A stretch of DNA of 35,572 nucleotides from Methanosarcinaceae archaeon (GTDB lineage: Archaea; Halobacteriota; Methanosarcinia; Methanosarcinales; Methanosarcinaceae), in NCBI GenBank assembly GCA_052361145.1, contig JBQVMC010000001.1, positions 1 to 35,572 of the forward strand, read 5' to 3'. The position numbers were made by a program, and so were the translations under genes. The notes beneath the pieces are model-generated. The model was given only the letters and a program-made list of their open reading frames with translations, was not told where the DNA came from and made no database searches. Of this stretch, positions 10,464 to 20,397 are shown piece by piece (position 1 is the stretch's first letter; every line of letters begins with the position of its first letter).

Positions 10464-11768
10464 TCAATCTTTTTTGGATATGCGCTTAACAACAAGTACA
10501 CTCCCATCCTTTTCAATGATCTCTATCTTTTCCCCTTCGGCAATATTCTCATCTGCGCGTGCTTTCCAGTATTCCCCTTTATATCTCACAAAACCAGCTG
10601 TTCCGGGTTCAAGCGGATCTATAGTCTTTGCCATATCTCCTATCATTTCCCCGACAACGGGTTTAAGGTGCCTTACTTCCATCACCTTGTATATCGCAAA
10701 CACCATTACGATGCCAATGATAACAGTCGGCGCAGCAATGGATATCATCAGGGATTTCTGGAAATCAGCAGGTGTATAATAATTCGGGAAACTCATCGGT
10801 ACCAAAAGAATGCTTCCTGCAATCATGCAGACCATGCCTGCAATCCCAAACACTCCAAAACCGGGCGCCTGCAGTTCCAATACCAGCAATACAATACCTA
10901 TAAGCAAAAGGAAAACTGCAGCGGTATTTACATCAAAACCAGTGCCAATAAGACCAAGTGTTATTGCAATTATGCCGAATATCTCAGCACCCACCCCCGG
11001 GCTTGATATCCCGAATACGACCCCGTATATCCCGAGCATTATAAGCATAGACGAGATCAGGGGATTTGAGATAATATTCATAAAAGAAAGCCTGACAGGT
11101 GAGGTGTAATATTCGATATCTGCACCGCTTGTGCTGAGTGTTTTCCCTTTGATAATCTCTCCGTCTACCTGCACCAGCAGATCCTCGATAGTTGGCGCAA
11201 TAAATTCGATCACACCTGCGTCCAATGCAGATTTAGCATTGAGGTTCAGGTTTTTGGTGATGAATTCCTCGGCAACAGTTTCATTTCTCTCGTGCATAAG
11301 TGCCTTTTCGCGCGCAAGCGCAACAATGGCATTCACGATCTTTGAATCCTCTATCGGTTCAATTCCGGTTGCCGACATTTCAACAGGTTGTGCCGAGCCG
11401 ATTATCGTATGTGGCGCCATTGCGGCAATGTCCGTACTTATCAATATAAGCGTACCCGCAGACCATGCTTTCACACCCTCCGGATAGACATATCCAATAA
11501 CCGGAACATCAGTCTGGTCGATCTGTTCGATAATATTGAACGTTTCATCCAACCCGCCCCCGGGCGTGTTGAGTGTAATCACAAGAGCCTCAAAACCGCC
11601 GCTCTGTGCCATTGATAGGGCATCCAGAAAAATATCATCGGATACCGGTGTTATGGAATCTGATATTTCAAGAACCAGTACTTTTTGCTGTTCACCGGCA
11701 CAGGCGGGTGAGAGGAAAAGAAGTGGTATAAAAAATAACAGGAAAAGAGAATAATATCTTTTAAGCAT
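10464..11768 (-). CDS. NfeD-family membrane-bound serine protease (ClpP class) with C-terminal OB domain
   Basis: 434 aa. Signal peptide, then INTPGG and SAGT(L)I motifs, a block of about five TM helices, and a C-terminal OB segment GFVRYKGEYWKARAD. Lies directly upstream of the stomatin gene. Confidence 0.85.
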   Translation of the reverse strand: MLKRYYSLFLLFFIPLLFLSPACAGEQQKVLVLEISDSITPVSDDIFLDALSMAQSGGFEALVITLNTPGGGLDETFNIIEQIDQTDVPVIGYVYPEGVKAWSAGTLILISTDIAAMAPHTIIGSAQPVEMSATGIEPIEDSKIVNAIVALAREKALMHERNETVAEEFITKNLNLNAKSALDAGVIEFIAPTIEDLLVQVDGEIIKGKTLSTSGADIEYYTSPVRLSFMNIISNPLISSMLIMLGIYGVVFGISSPGVGAEIFGIIAITLGLIGTGFDVNTAAVFLLLIGIVLLVLELQAPGFGVFGIAGMVCMIAGSILLVPMSFPNYYTPADFQKSLMISIAAPTVIIGIVMVFAIYKVMEVRHLKPVVGEMIGDMAKTIDPLEPGTAGFVRYKGEYWKARADENIAEGEKIEIIEKDGSVLVVKRISKKD

Positions 11769-11804
11769 CAGATAATCCCCTGTTCCTATGTAATATATGT
11801 TTTC

Positions 11805-12563
11805 TCATGACTTCTTTACAATAGCCTGCGACACGGCAGCGATCTCACCGATTTCGCTTGGTGAAGATATGATTACCATATTCTTCTCCCGTGCGATCTC
11901 AGCATAGGTCTGGAGTTCTCGCAGTTTGATGGCTACAGGCACCTGCTCATACAATTTTGCAGCATCCGTCATCTTCTCAGCAGCTTTGAACTCACCTTCT
12001 GCAAGAATGATGCGCGCGCGTTTTTCACGCTCTGCCTCTGCCTGTTTAGCGATTGCACGAAGCATGGTCTCCGGAAGACTTACATCTCTTATTGTTACGT
12101 CTGTAACCTTTATACCCCATGGGTCAGTAGAATCATCCAGCAGTTCCTGAATATCCCTGTTGATTGTTTCACGTTGTGAAAGCACATCATCAAGTTCTAT
12201 CTTGCCCAGTACATCACGAAGCGTGGTCTGGGAAAGCATTGACGTAGCAAACCTGTAATTCTCCACCTCTGTCACGGCAGCACCTGGTTCTATAACTTTG
12301 TAATACACAACAGCATCCACTTCTACGGTTACGTTATCTTTTGTGATTACAGCCTGCTTCGGAACATCGATGGTGACCACACGAAGATCGATCTTTACAA
12401 CACTATCGATTACAGGGATTATAAAGAACAGGCCCGGTCCTTTCACACCGCTTAGCCTGCCCAGCCTGAAAATTACAACACGTTCATATTCCTTCACCAT
12501 CTTGATGGATTGGGATAATATCATAATAATTATTAATACCGGAAATATAATTTCACTTGCCAT
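11805..12563 (-). CDS. SPFH/band-7 stomatin-like protein
   Basis: 252 aa. N-terminal TM, then YERVVIFRLGR, TKDNVTVEVDAVVYYKV, LRDVLG, AEREKRARILEAEGE-type coiled-coil tail. This is the classic NfeD-stomatin operon. Confidence 0.9.
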   Translation of the reverse strand: MASEIIFPVLIIIMILSQSIKMVKEYERVVIFRLGRLSGVKGPGLFFIIPVIDSVVKIDLRVVTIDVPKQAVITKDNVTVEVDAVVYYKVIEPGAAVTEVENYRFATSMLSQTTLRDVLGKIELDDVLSQRETINRDIQELLDDSTDPWGIKVTDVTIRDVSLPETMLRAIAKQAEAEREKRARIILAEGEFKAAEKMTDAAKLYEQVPVAIKLRELQTYAEIAREKNMVIISSPSEIGEIAAVSQAIVKKS

Positions 12564-12648
12564 TTTAGCACCCTCCTAAACTAAATTGAATGTTTCAGGA
12601 TAAAAAGATATTGCTTGTAAATATTTTGTATTAATAGTCGTATTATAC

Positions 12649-12762
12649 GTATCCGCTTCAAATTTAAGGGTGATTGACTATTTCCTGAAATTGAAAACCT
12701 GCTTAGGTACCTGATTTTGACAATGCAAATATGCATTTTACCCTGATTTTTAAAGTGGATAC
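12649..12762 (-). mobile_element. MITE copy B
   Basis: GTATCCGCTTCAAATTTAAGGGTGA ... TTTTTAAAGTGGATAC. Flanked by TATTATAC and CATTATAC, a 7 of 8 target-site duplication. Confidence 0.65.
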
Positions 12763-12834
12763 CATTATACCTTGATTTTATGCATAGACTTTTTAGTATC
12801 TAAACATGAGCTGTTTTTTCGATAGTGTTCTAAT

Positions 12835-13238
12835 TTATGTCTTATAACGTGGATTTAAAAAATCTACCAAATTCAAAGGAGTATCTTTAATAGTACCTTC
12901 GCCCACAATCCATTGACGATTAATTTTGACAAATTTGCCACCACTTTTTGTTTTAATCATTTGTCCACAATGATAACATGCAGGATCATATATTTTTCCA
13001 ACCCTTTGGAATACTGATCATTCCCATCACTATAGAATTCAATTCAATTGGATTGGATAAGGTTGCTCCATTCCATTCATTACACGCTTCAGAAAAGTGT
13101 CACATGTATTCTGATCTCTTTTTCTACTGCAAAACCCGCTATGAACTTTGTATCTCGTTTGATTCCTGCGTAAATCCATGCATCGCCTTCAAATCGGTGT
13201 GTTTTTGTTCCTCCGTCCACATTTTTTGTTTTTTTCAT
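12835..13238 (-). pseudogene. decayed DDE transposase remnant (family uncertain, IS1-like layout)
   Basis: Hand translation across three frames gives MKKTKNVDGGTKTHRFEGDAWIYAGIKRDTKFIAGFAVEKE..., then ..RDQNTCDTFLKRV.., then ..FYSDGNDQYSKGL.., then ..YHCGQMIKTKSGGKFVKINRQWIVGEG... The pieces are separated by stops and frameshifts. Confidence 0.4.
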
Positions 13239-13521
13239 ATGACATATAGCATTTTCATCCATAATCGATACATTGTTCTTCCTTTTAACAATCCCCGTTG
13301 CAGCCTAGGTACTAACAGTATGAAACCGCTGAATACAATGCAACACAGGAGTTTGATAACATTACCGATGAGGATATTTGTGTGTGGCTGTCTTACTTTA
13401 TCAAGACATGTGCTAGAATGACGCCATAGGGCTAAAACAAATAAATAATCGATATTTATTTAATGATTGTAATCAATGAACATTGTCATTAATAAGTACC
13501 TCGTAATATGTGGGGATATCT

Positions 13522-14664
13522 ATGAAATATACATATCAGGATTCTAAAAAATTATCACAGCAGAGGGATTTCGTACAGGATTTAAGAAATTTCATTGAGG
13601 CTGCAAAAAAAGTGCTTCCTCTTGAAAATTCTGCGATCGAGATGAACGATGAGGAAAAGTCGGAAGTAATCTCGCTTGAGAACAGGCTTAATGACCTGGA
13701 CAAGTTTGAAACGGATATAAAAAAATTTGTAGATAATGCATCTAAAGATGCAGATGCAAAAGAAATACTTGAATGCAGGAATACCATCATTGATGCCTGT
13801 GTTGCAAGTGCAGCTAGAAACCGGGAAATCCTGAAGTCGGAACTTGAGCGGAGCCAAAAGGTATATACACGCGAAGGCAGCAGGTTAGAATCCCATATCC
13901 TATCGCTTCTTGACCCTATGTTTGAAAATGGAATATACGGTGCTGAAAAGAAGTATTCTGTGATTATGGATGACGATTTGCTTCAGGGTAATTTGGCAGC
14001 ATCGATAGCAGGTATGGATTACGAATCTAACATTGTGTTTGCGAATGGTTTGCTGACGGTCAAGGATTTGTTCGAGAACCTGTCTTTACCCACATGGGGC
14101 AAGAGTGGCTTGCTGCAAAAAGAGAAGAAGATCAAGATCATTGATGTATCGGATTTTGTTATTACTTCTATTGATTACAATAGCTCCATCAATTTGTCAT
14201 TGGAATACACTTTTGAGAATAAGAAATCCGGGCGAAGTTTCAGGATTACCTGTGATGAGAATAAATGCCATGTTTATGGCGATGAACAGTCTATTACAGG
14301 TGACGATGCGCTTTTGAATTTTATTAATATGAGTGACATTTCTGAATTTGCAGATGAGGTCAAGAAATATGTGCAAGATAACATCAGTTCACAAACGCTG
14401 ACCCGTATATTGATCGATGGAAAGGATGCTATCAGGAACAATGAAGTATTTGATTGTTTAAAGATCATTGCTGAGCAGTATGGAGATATTATACATGAAT
14501 GTCTTGAACGAGGCTATGTTAAGTCAGAGATCACGATCAAGATCGAACAGGCTGACGGCACAAGGACAGAAAAATACATAACCAAGGAAGATGTGTTCAA
14601 CCAGTTATCCGAAATAGGCAGCGAAGGGCTTGAACTTGCCGGTATTCTTGGCGTTGAAGAGTGA
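13522..14664 (+). CDS. hypothetical protein (orphan, N-terminal coiled-coil)
   Basis: Long clean ORF. I prefer ATG 13522, preceded by GGGGAT, over the track GTG at 13510. No recognisable domain. Confidence 0.55.
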   Translation: MKYTYQDSKKLSQQRDFVQDLRNFIEAAKKVLPLENSAIEMNDEEKSEVISLENRLNDLDKFETDIKKFVDNASKDADAKEILECRNTIIDACVASAARNREILKSELERSQKVYTREGSRLESHILSLLDPMFENGIYGAEKKYSVIMDDDLLQGNLAASIAGMDYESNIVFANGLLTVKDLFENLSLPTWGKSGLLQKEKKIKIIDVSDFVITSIDYNSSINLSLEYTFENKKSGRSFRITCDENKCHVYGDEQSITGDDALLNFINMSDISEFADEVKKYVQDNISSQTLTRILIDGKDAIRNNEVFDCLKIIAEQYGDIIHECLERGYVKSEITIKIEQADGTRTEKYITKEDVFNQLSEIGSEGLELAGILGVEE

Positions 14665-14883
14665 GATGAGATTGCACTGCTTTTGAGTGTGTAGTTCCGA
14701 ATGTTTTAACTTTGTATACTTCTCTCCACTTATTATATTTTCACAATTTAGCTTCCATATATGAAGAATACGTTCAATCTGGGATCCATTTGGAAGTTTT
14801 TCCGTCATCCGATATGTCTGATACCATATCGCTACTCGTCGTTGATTTCCGTTATGATTTGGCGAGTAGAAACACGCAATATT

Positions 14884-14927
14884 AAAAAATCCTACCTAAA
14901 ATTGGCCCAGTTTTCACATTGAAACAC
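14884..14927. repeat. copy 2 of the dispersed motif of about 45 nt
   Basis: See 4718-4765. Confidence 0.35.
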
Positions 14928-15146
14928 ATCTTTAACAACGCATACTTTTCTAAAATCACAATCTAACGCTCCAATTTTCAAACTGTTTACATATTTTCAT
15001 ATGGTAAACCGCCTTTCAATCAAAATCAACCCCTCCACTGATCGTGTTTTCACTGTAGAATGTCATTTAGATTTAAAATATGCAGGTGTACTTCATATTA
15101 TACAAAAATAGATATCAATAGAAGTAGATAACTATGCATCCAAAAT

Positions 15147-15183
15147 TTGACAGTTGACAATTGACAGTTTGTTCAGTGACAAC
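15147..15183 (+). promoter_or_regulatory. tandem heptamer array TTGACAG TTGACAA TTGACAG plus a fourth TGACAAC
   Basis: Three exact-spaced TTGACAR units at 15147-15167 and TGACAAC at 15177-15183. Located about 330 nt upstream of the cytochrome gene. Confidence 0.25.
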
Positions 15184-15495
15184 TTTTGATACCGGTGTGT
15201 AGAAATAAGAGGCGTGCTTTTTGTATCGAAGAATGTGTAATTGAGTTATTTTTCAGCCAAAAGAGGGACGTGATGCACGACACAGATGGCTTCTGCGATG
15301 TGGCAACGAATTCAAAACATATTCTATAGAACCTCTCAATAATTTTACCGATTTTCGTACTTTTGTTGAGATTCATGGTAAATTTCAGCATTTTTCAGGA
15401 CCATAATACTATATATTCGCAATACCTGATATTATCACATAGATGATCAAAACCAATTAATCAATGAACTGGTGGACGATTAAATCAACAAAATT

Positions 15496-16887
15496 ATGGA
15501 GAACAAAATAATGAATCAACAATTTGCATCTGTGACCGTGGTGCTATCAATGTTCCTGTTCCTCGCGTGTGTGGGATCGGCAGCAGCATCGATCTGTACG
15601 GACTGTCACATTGCTGTTACCCCTGAGATCGTCGATGACTTCAATAGCGGCGTAATGGGTAGTGAAATAGATTGTTCGAATTGTCATGGATCCGCACACA
15701 ATTCGGCTGATACTGTGGATCAGGTGAAGCTGCCGACACACGAGACATGCGGAGCGTGCCATGCAAAGCAGGACGCTCAGTATATGGACGGTAAGCACAG
15801 TATCGCATGGACTGCGTTTATGGCAATGCCAACTACAGCCGATCAACCAATAGAATTAATGGAAGGCCAAAAAGGCTGTGGAGGATGCCACAAGATCGGA
15901 GCGAAAAATGAAACCGGCTGGGATGAGTATCATTACGGCGTTGTGGGCTGTGATAACTGCCATACGCGGCATAGTTTCTCAGTAGAGGAAGCAAGAAGAC
16001 CGGAAGCATGTATGACATGTCACCAGGGTTTTGACCATGCCCAGTGGGAGATGTACTCAACCTCGAAACACGGTTCGATATACCTGACAGAAGGCAACAA
16101 CTGGGACTGGAGTGCATCCTTAAGCGATGCGAAAGAGAGTTACACCGCTCCAACGTGCCAGATGTGCCACATGACTGACGGAAGCCACTATGTTATAACT
16201 TCATGGGGATTCCTTGGCGTTAGGGTCGAGGAGCCAAATGAAGAATGGGCTGAGGACAGGGTATCTGTCTTAAAATCATACGGCGTTCTTGATGCAGAAG
16301 GAAATACGACACCAAGGTTCGATATAATAGGTCCTGCAAAGATTGCAAGGATGACAATGGATGAGTGGAATGAACCCCGTGAGAAGTTGATCACAGTATG
16401 TAGCGACTGCCACTCAGAGAAGTTCGCAAGACTCTCACTTGAGGAAGGTGACCATATGCTCCGGGAAGCTGATCGGGTATATGCGGAGTCGGTCGAGATC
16501 GTTGCAGCACTTCACCGCGACGGTATACTCCCTAAGCCCGAATACATCGATGAACTCCCGTCCTATCCATATCCTGATGTTCTCAGGTTCTATGACCAGT
16601 CACACGCGATAGAGGAGGATCTCTGGCTTATGTGGATGGAGTACCGAATGCGTACTTTCCAAAGCGCGTTCCACGCAAATGCGGATCAGGAACAGTGGTA
16701 TGGCTGGGCACCGCTCAAGGAAACAGCAGTGAGGATCAAGTCAGAAGATAGGAGCCTACGGGCTGAAGCAAAACTTGCAGAGGCTATAGAGGGTGGAGCA
16801 AGTTCACAGAGTACCCCCGGGTTCGGAGCAATGCTTTTAGGTGCTGCGTTTGTTTCCCTGGCTATTCTATTTAGAAGAAGGGGATAA
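15496..16887 (+). CDS. HAO-family octaheme c-type cytochrome with signal peptide and PGF-CTERM archaeosortase sorting signal
   Basis: Eight CxxCH motifs: CTDCH, CSNCH, CGACH, CGGCH, CDNCH, CMTCH, CQMCH, CSDCH. The HAO-like stretch is CDNCHTRHSFSVEEARRPEACMTCHQGFDHAQWEMYSTSKHG. The C-terminus is STPGFGAMLLGAAFVSLAILFRRRG. Confidence 0.85.
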   Translation: MENKIMNQQFASVTVVLSMFLFLACVGSAAASICTDCHIAVTPEIVDDFNSGVMGSEIDCSNCHGSAHNSADTVDQVKLPTHETCGACHAKQDAQYMDGKHSIAWTAFMAMPTTADQPIELMEGQKGCGGCHKIGAKNETGWDEYHYGVVGCDNCHTRHSFSVEEARRPEACMTCHQGFDHAQWEMYSTSKHGSIYLTEGNNWDWSASLSDAKESYTAPTCQMCHMTDGSHYVITSWGFLGVRVEEPNEEWAEDRVSVLKSYGVLDAEGNTTPRFDIIGPAKIARMTMDEWNEPREKLITVCSDCHSEKFARLSLEEGDHMLREADRVYAESVEIVAALHRDGILPKPEYIDELPSYPYPDVLRFYDQSHAIEEDLWLMWMEYRMRTFQSAFHANADQEQWYGWAPLKETAVRIKSEDRSLRAEAKLAEAIEGGASSQSTPGFGAMLLGAAFVSLAILFRRRG

Positions 16888-16917
16888 TTTTCATTTCCCC
16901 TCTTTTCTTATTTTTTT
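16880..16917 (+). terminator. putative terminator: short hairpin GGGGA...TCCCC followed by T-tracts
   Basis: GGGGATAATTTTCATTTCCCCTCTTTTCTTATTTTTTTG overlaps the cytochrome stop codon (16885-16887) and runs into the downstream flank. Confidence 0.35.
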
Positions 16918-16954
16918 GTATTTTGAAGTAGAATGCAAAACGAATCTGTGATAA

Positions 16955-16989
<35 letters not shown>

Positions 16990-17160
16990 AACGAATGTTT
17001 CATCAACAGTTTTTTCCTGTCTCGCACATTTTAAGAATATCTGCACTTTTCCTAGTCTAAAGACCCCATATCATAAACAATGATAACTTACAGGTTTATT
17101 CACTCTGCTAGCCGGCGATCGGTCATGCATCAAACCTCAGCACTACATACAACCCAATTG

Positions 17161-19983
17161 TTAAACTAGCAACCGCCGTAATAACTCCCCCGTATATGAT
17201 CTCTCCACCTGTGCAACATCTTCCGGCGTACCCTCCGCAAGAATCTCTCCCCCGCCATCCCCACCTTCGGGTCCGAGATCGATTATCCAGTCTGCGGTTT
17301 TGATAACATCCGGATTGTGTTCAATGACTATAACAGTATTACCTCCTTTAACAAGCCGCTGTAACACCTCAAGTAGTTTCTTAACATCATCGAAATGGAG
17401 CCCTGTCGTTGGTTCATCGAGAATATAAACTGTTTTTCCTGTTGATCTGCGGCTAAGTTCGGTCGCAAGTTTCACGCGCTGTGCCTCGCCGCCAGAGAGG
17501 GTTGTTGAGGACTGCCCCAGTTTAATATAACCCAATCCCACATCAAAGAGTGTTTGAAGTTTTTTCTCAATCTTCGGGATATTACCAAAAAACCCAAGTG
17601 CTTCTTCCACAGTCATATCAAGGACATCTGCAATTGTTTTCCCCTTGTACTCAACCTCAAGCGTCTCGCGGTTATATCGCTTACTGTGGCAGACTTCACA
17701 CGGAACATACACATCCGGCAGGAAGTGCATTTCGATAGTGATAATACCATCACCCGAACAAGCTTCACACCTGCCACCCCTGACATTGAAACTGAATCGG
17801 CCGGGTTTATAACCGCGTGCACGTGCAAGTTTGACCTGTGCAAAAAGATCCCGAATCGGGGTGAAAAGATTTGTATATGTGGCAGGATTTGATCGTGGAG
17901 TGCGTCCAATCGGGGATTGGTCAATAGTAATAACCTTATCAACATTTTCAAGTCCCACGATCTTATCGTATTTACCGGGTAGGTCGCGTGCACGATGGAG
18001 TTTTTGCGCAAGTACCTTATTTAAGGTCTCGTTTACCAGCGTACTCTTGCCGGATCCTGAAACTCCTGTTATGCAGATCATAACACCAAGCGGGAAATCC
18101 ACATTGATATTTTTGAGATTGTTTTGGGCTGCTCCTATGAGAATGAGTGTACCTGTTGGACTGCGCCTGGTATCCGGAACCTCGATCTTCAACTTGCCGC
18201 TCAGGTACTGGCCTGTGAGTGATTTTTTGTTTGACATTATCTGCTTTGGGCTGCCTTGTGCTACCACTTCACCGCCGTGTATCCCTGCCCCGGGTCCCAT
18301 ATCCACCACATGATCTGCATTTTGTATTGTTTCCTCATCATGCTCGACAACAATGACTGTGTTCCCGATATCCCGCAGGTGCCTGAGAGTATTTATCAGG
18401 CGCAGGTTATCCCTCTGGTGAAGACCGATGCTCGGCTCATCAAGAATATACAGTACACCCATAAGACTTGAACCTATCTGGGTCGCAAGTCGGATACGCT
18501 GCGCCTCACCGCCTGAAAGAGTGCCAGCCGACCTGCTGAGCGTGAGATAATCAAGCCCCACATCAACTAGGAAACCTAGCCTGGATTTAATCTCTTTAAG
18601 TATGAGGCGGGCAATGGCATACTCGCGGTGGGTAAGTTTTGGTTCGAGTTCATTAAAAAAATGAAGTGCATCTTCAATCGGCATTTGTGTGACATTGATG
18701 ATATTCACATCATCTATCGTAACTGCCAGACTTGTAGGCTTTAATCGTTTTCCATCACATATCAGGCAATGTTTTGTACTAATATATTTGCGGACCCTCT
18801 CTTTTGTGTTTTCATATTCAGTCTTGTCATGTAACCGCGACAGGTAGGATACCACTCCACGAAAATGACCTTTATGTTCCCATAAACTTCCATCCCTGCC
18901 AGTATGTACGAAAGGGATAAGTTCATTTGTCCCATGAAGTATCATTTTCCGGAACCTGGGTTCAAGCTCTTCAAAAGGAACATCCATCGAAAATCCGAAA
19001 TAACGGGCAAGGGATATGACCGATTGCATGTAATACCCGTCTTTTTTCCCCCACGGTTCGATAGCGCCTTCGCCCAGGCTTAGCGTTGGATCCGGGACTA
19101 TGATCTCCGGGTCAAATTCCATTGCTGTCCCAAGTCCATGGCATTTGGGACATGCACCCTGCGGGCTGTTGAACGAAAATGCGGCAGGCTCCAGTTCCTC
19201 AAATCCGACACCGCAATCAGGACATGCAAGATTTTCACTGAATACCAGTTCTTTACCTTCAAGTATGTGAACAATGATCGTGCCACCGCTTTTTTCAAGT
19301 GCTGTTTCAACTGAACCTGACAGGCGTTCTTTAATCCCCTCCTTTATAGCGATCCTGTCAACCACGATCTCAATGTTGTGTTTTTGGTAACGTCCAAGTT
19401 CAATGGTGTCAATATCATCGAGTAATACCACATTCCCATCTACACGGACGCGAGAATATCCTTCGGTTTTTAGTTCAGCGAGCATTTTGCGGTATTCACC
19501 TTTGCGTTCGCGGACAAGCGGGGCAAGAATGTGGATCTTTGTACCTTTACGGATGTCCAATATGCTGTCAACGATCTGGTCAACACTTTGTGATTCGATC
19601 ACCCTGTTACAATCGGGACAGTGACGCACTCCTATTCGTGCATAGAGCAGCCGCAGGTAGTCGTATATCTCTGTGACCGTCCCAACGGTTGAGCGTGGGT
19701 TCTTGCTTGTGGTTTTTTGCTCGATAGAAATTGCAGGTGATAGTCCTTCTATGTACTCGACATCCGGTTTTTCCATTAGCCCGAGAAACTGGCGAGCATA
19801 GGCTGAGAGTGATTCTACATATCTTCTTTGCCCTTCTGCATAGATCGTATCGAATGCGAGGGACGATTTACCCGAACCGCTGAGTCCGGTTATTACAATA
19901 AGTTTGTCGCGTGGGAGTGTGACATCAATGTTCTTGAGGTTGTGTTCCTTTGCGCCTTTTATTATGAGGTTACTTAATGGCAT
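17161..19983 (-). CDS. uvrA: excinuclease ABC subunit A
   Basis: 940 aa from [21 protein letters not shown]. Two ABC modules (GLSGSGKSS and [17 protein letters not shown] twice) and zinc fingers CPDC...CPKC and CEAC...CEVC. Confidence 0.95.
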   Translation of the reverse strand: MPLSNLIIKGAKEHNLKNIDVTLPRDKLIVITGLSGSGKSSLAFDTIYAEGQRRYVESLSAYARQFLGLMEKPDVEYIEGLSPAISIEQKTTSKNPRSTVGTVTEIYDYLRLLYARIGVRHCPDCNRVIESQSVDQIVDSILDIRKGTKIHILAPLVRERKGEYRKMLAELKTEGYSRVRVDGNVVLLDDIDTIELGRYQKHNIEIVVDRIAIKEGIKERLSGSVETALEKSGGTIIVHILEGKELVFSENLACPDCGVGFEELEPAAFSFNSPQGACPKCHGLGTAMEFDPEIIVPDPTLSLGEGAIEPWGKKDGYYMQSVISLARYFGFSMDVPFEELEPRFRKMILHGTNELIPFVHTGRDGSLWEHKGHFRGVVSYLSRLHDKTEYENTKERVRKYISTKHCLICDGKRLKPTSLAVTIDDVNIINVTQMPIEDALHFFNELEPKLTHREYAIARLILKEIKSRLGFLVDVGLDYLTLSRSAGTLSGGEAQRIRLATQIGSSLMGVLYILDEPSIGLHQRDNLRLINTLRHLRDIGNTVIVVEHDEETIQNADHVVDMGPGAGIHGGEVVAQGSPKQIMSNKKSLTGQYLSGKLKIEVPDTRRSPTGTLILIGAAQNNLKNINVDFPLGVMICITGVSGSGKSTLVNETLNKVLAQKLHRARDLPGKYDKIVGLENVDKVITIDQSPIGRTPRSNPATYTNLFTPIRDLFAQVKLARARGYKPGRFSFNVRGGRCEACSGDGIITIEMHFLPDVYVPCEVCHSKRYNRETLEVEYKGKTIADVLDMTVEEALGFFGNIPKIEKKLQTLFDVGLGYIKLGQSSTTLSGGEAQRVKLATELSRRSTGKTVYILDEPTTGLHFDDVKKLLEVLQRLVKGGNTVIVIEHNPDVIKTADWIIDLGPEGGDGGGEILAEGTPEDVAQVERSYTGELLRRLLV

Positions 19984-20231
19984 ATTGGCATTTGGATGTA
20001 TGGAGTTGTAAGTAAAACTTGCGGTGAGATAAAACACGATGATCAGGGTGACATCTCAATTTTCTAATATGTGAAAAACAATATGATTTCAATGTAATCT
20101 CACGATGTTCAATTCAGGTGTTTGTCCAACTCGCTAAATCAATATCATTAAGCCCATTATTCTTATCCGGATTTGCTATATTTGAATCTTTTAAATTCAA
20201 AAACGATTTCTACCGCAACATTGAAATTAAT

Positions 20232-20345
20232 GTATCCACTTCAAAAAACAGGGTAAAATGCATATTCGAATTATCTAAATCAAGTGTCGGGGCATCTTTC
20301 GATTTTCAAAATGGAGTCAGTTATCCTTAGATTTGAAGTGGATAT
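20232..20345 (+). mobile_element. MITE copy C
   Basis: GTATCCACTTCAAAAAACAGGGTAAAATGCAT ... CCTTAGATTTGAAGTGGATAT. The flanks are AT-rich and degenerate (AAATTAAT and AAATAATT). Confidence 0.65.
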
Positions 20346-20397
20346 AAATAATTTATGATTGGTATCGAATTAAGTAATAAGAGCATATTTCACATGT

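Noticed and set aside
10392-11006. 204-aa plus-strand ORF and the other long ORFs antisense to NfeD
   Set aside because: They overlap a well-supported minus-strand gene and have biased, repetitive composition. The same reasoning applies to antisense track ORFs at 2245-2637, 3004-3474, 7736-8236, 17831-18313, 24464-25042, 25230-25754, 25972-26379, 27403-27771, 28446-28895, 29446-29883, 32639-33154, 33906-34295 and 34986-35414.
12978-13421. 147-aa plus-strand ORF
   Set aside because: It is low-complexity and Phe/Cys-rich, and it lies antisense to the frameshifted transposase remnant. I treat it as a shadow ORF.
14605-14880. 67-aa minus-strand ORF (…KLPNGSQIERILHIWKL…) considered as the C-terminal remnant of an IS630-type transposase
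   Set aside because: The resemblance to the LPxYSPxLNPIExxW motif needs several indels and is too weak to call without a translated search.
15173-15391. 72-aa minus-strand ORF upstream of the cytochrome gene
   Set aside because: It has no SD or recognisable motif, and its composition is typical of random AT-rich sequence.
20118-20330. 70-aa plus-strand ORF
   Set aside because: It has a GTG start, low complexity, and its second half is made of MITE copy C.
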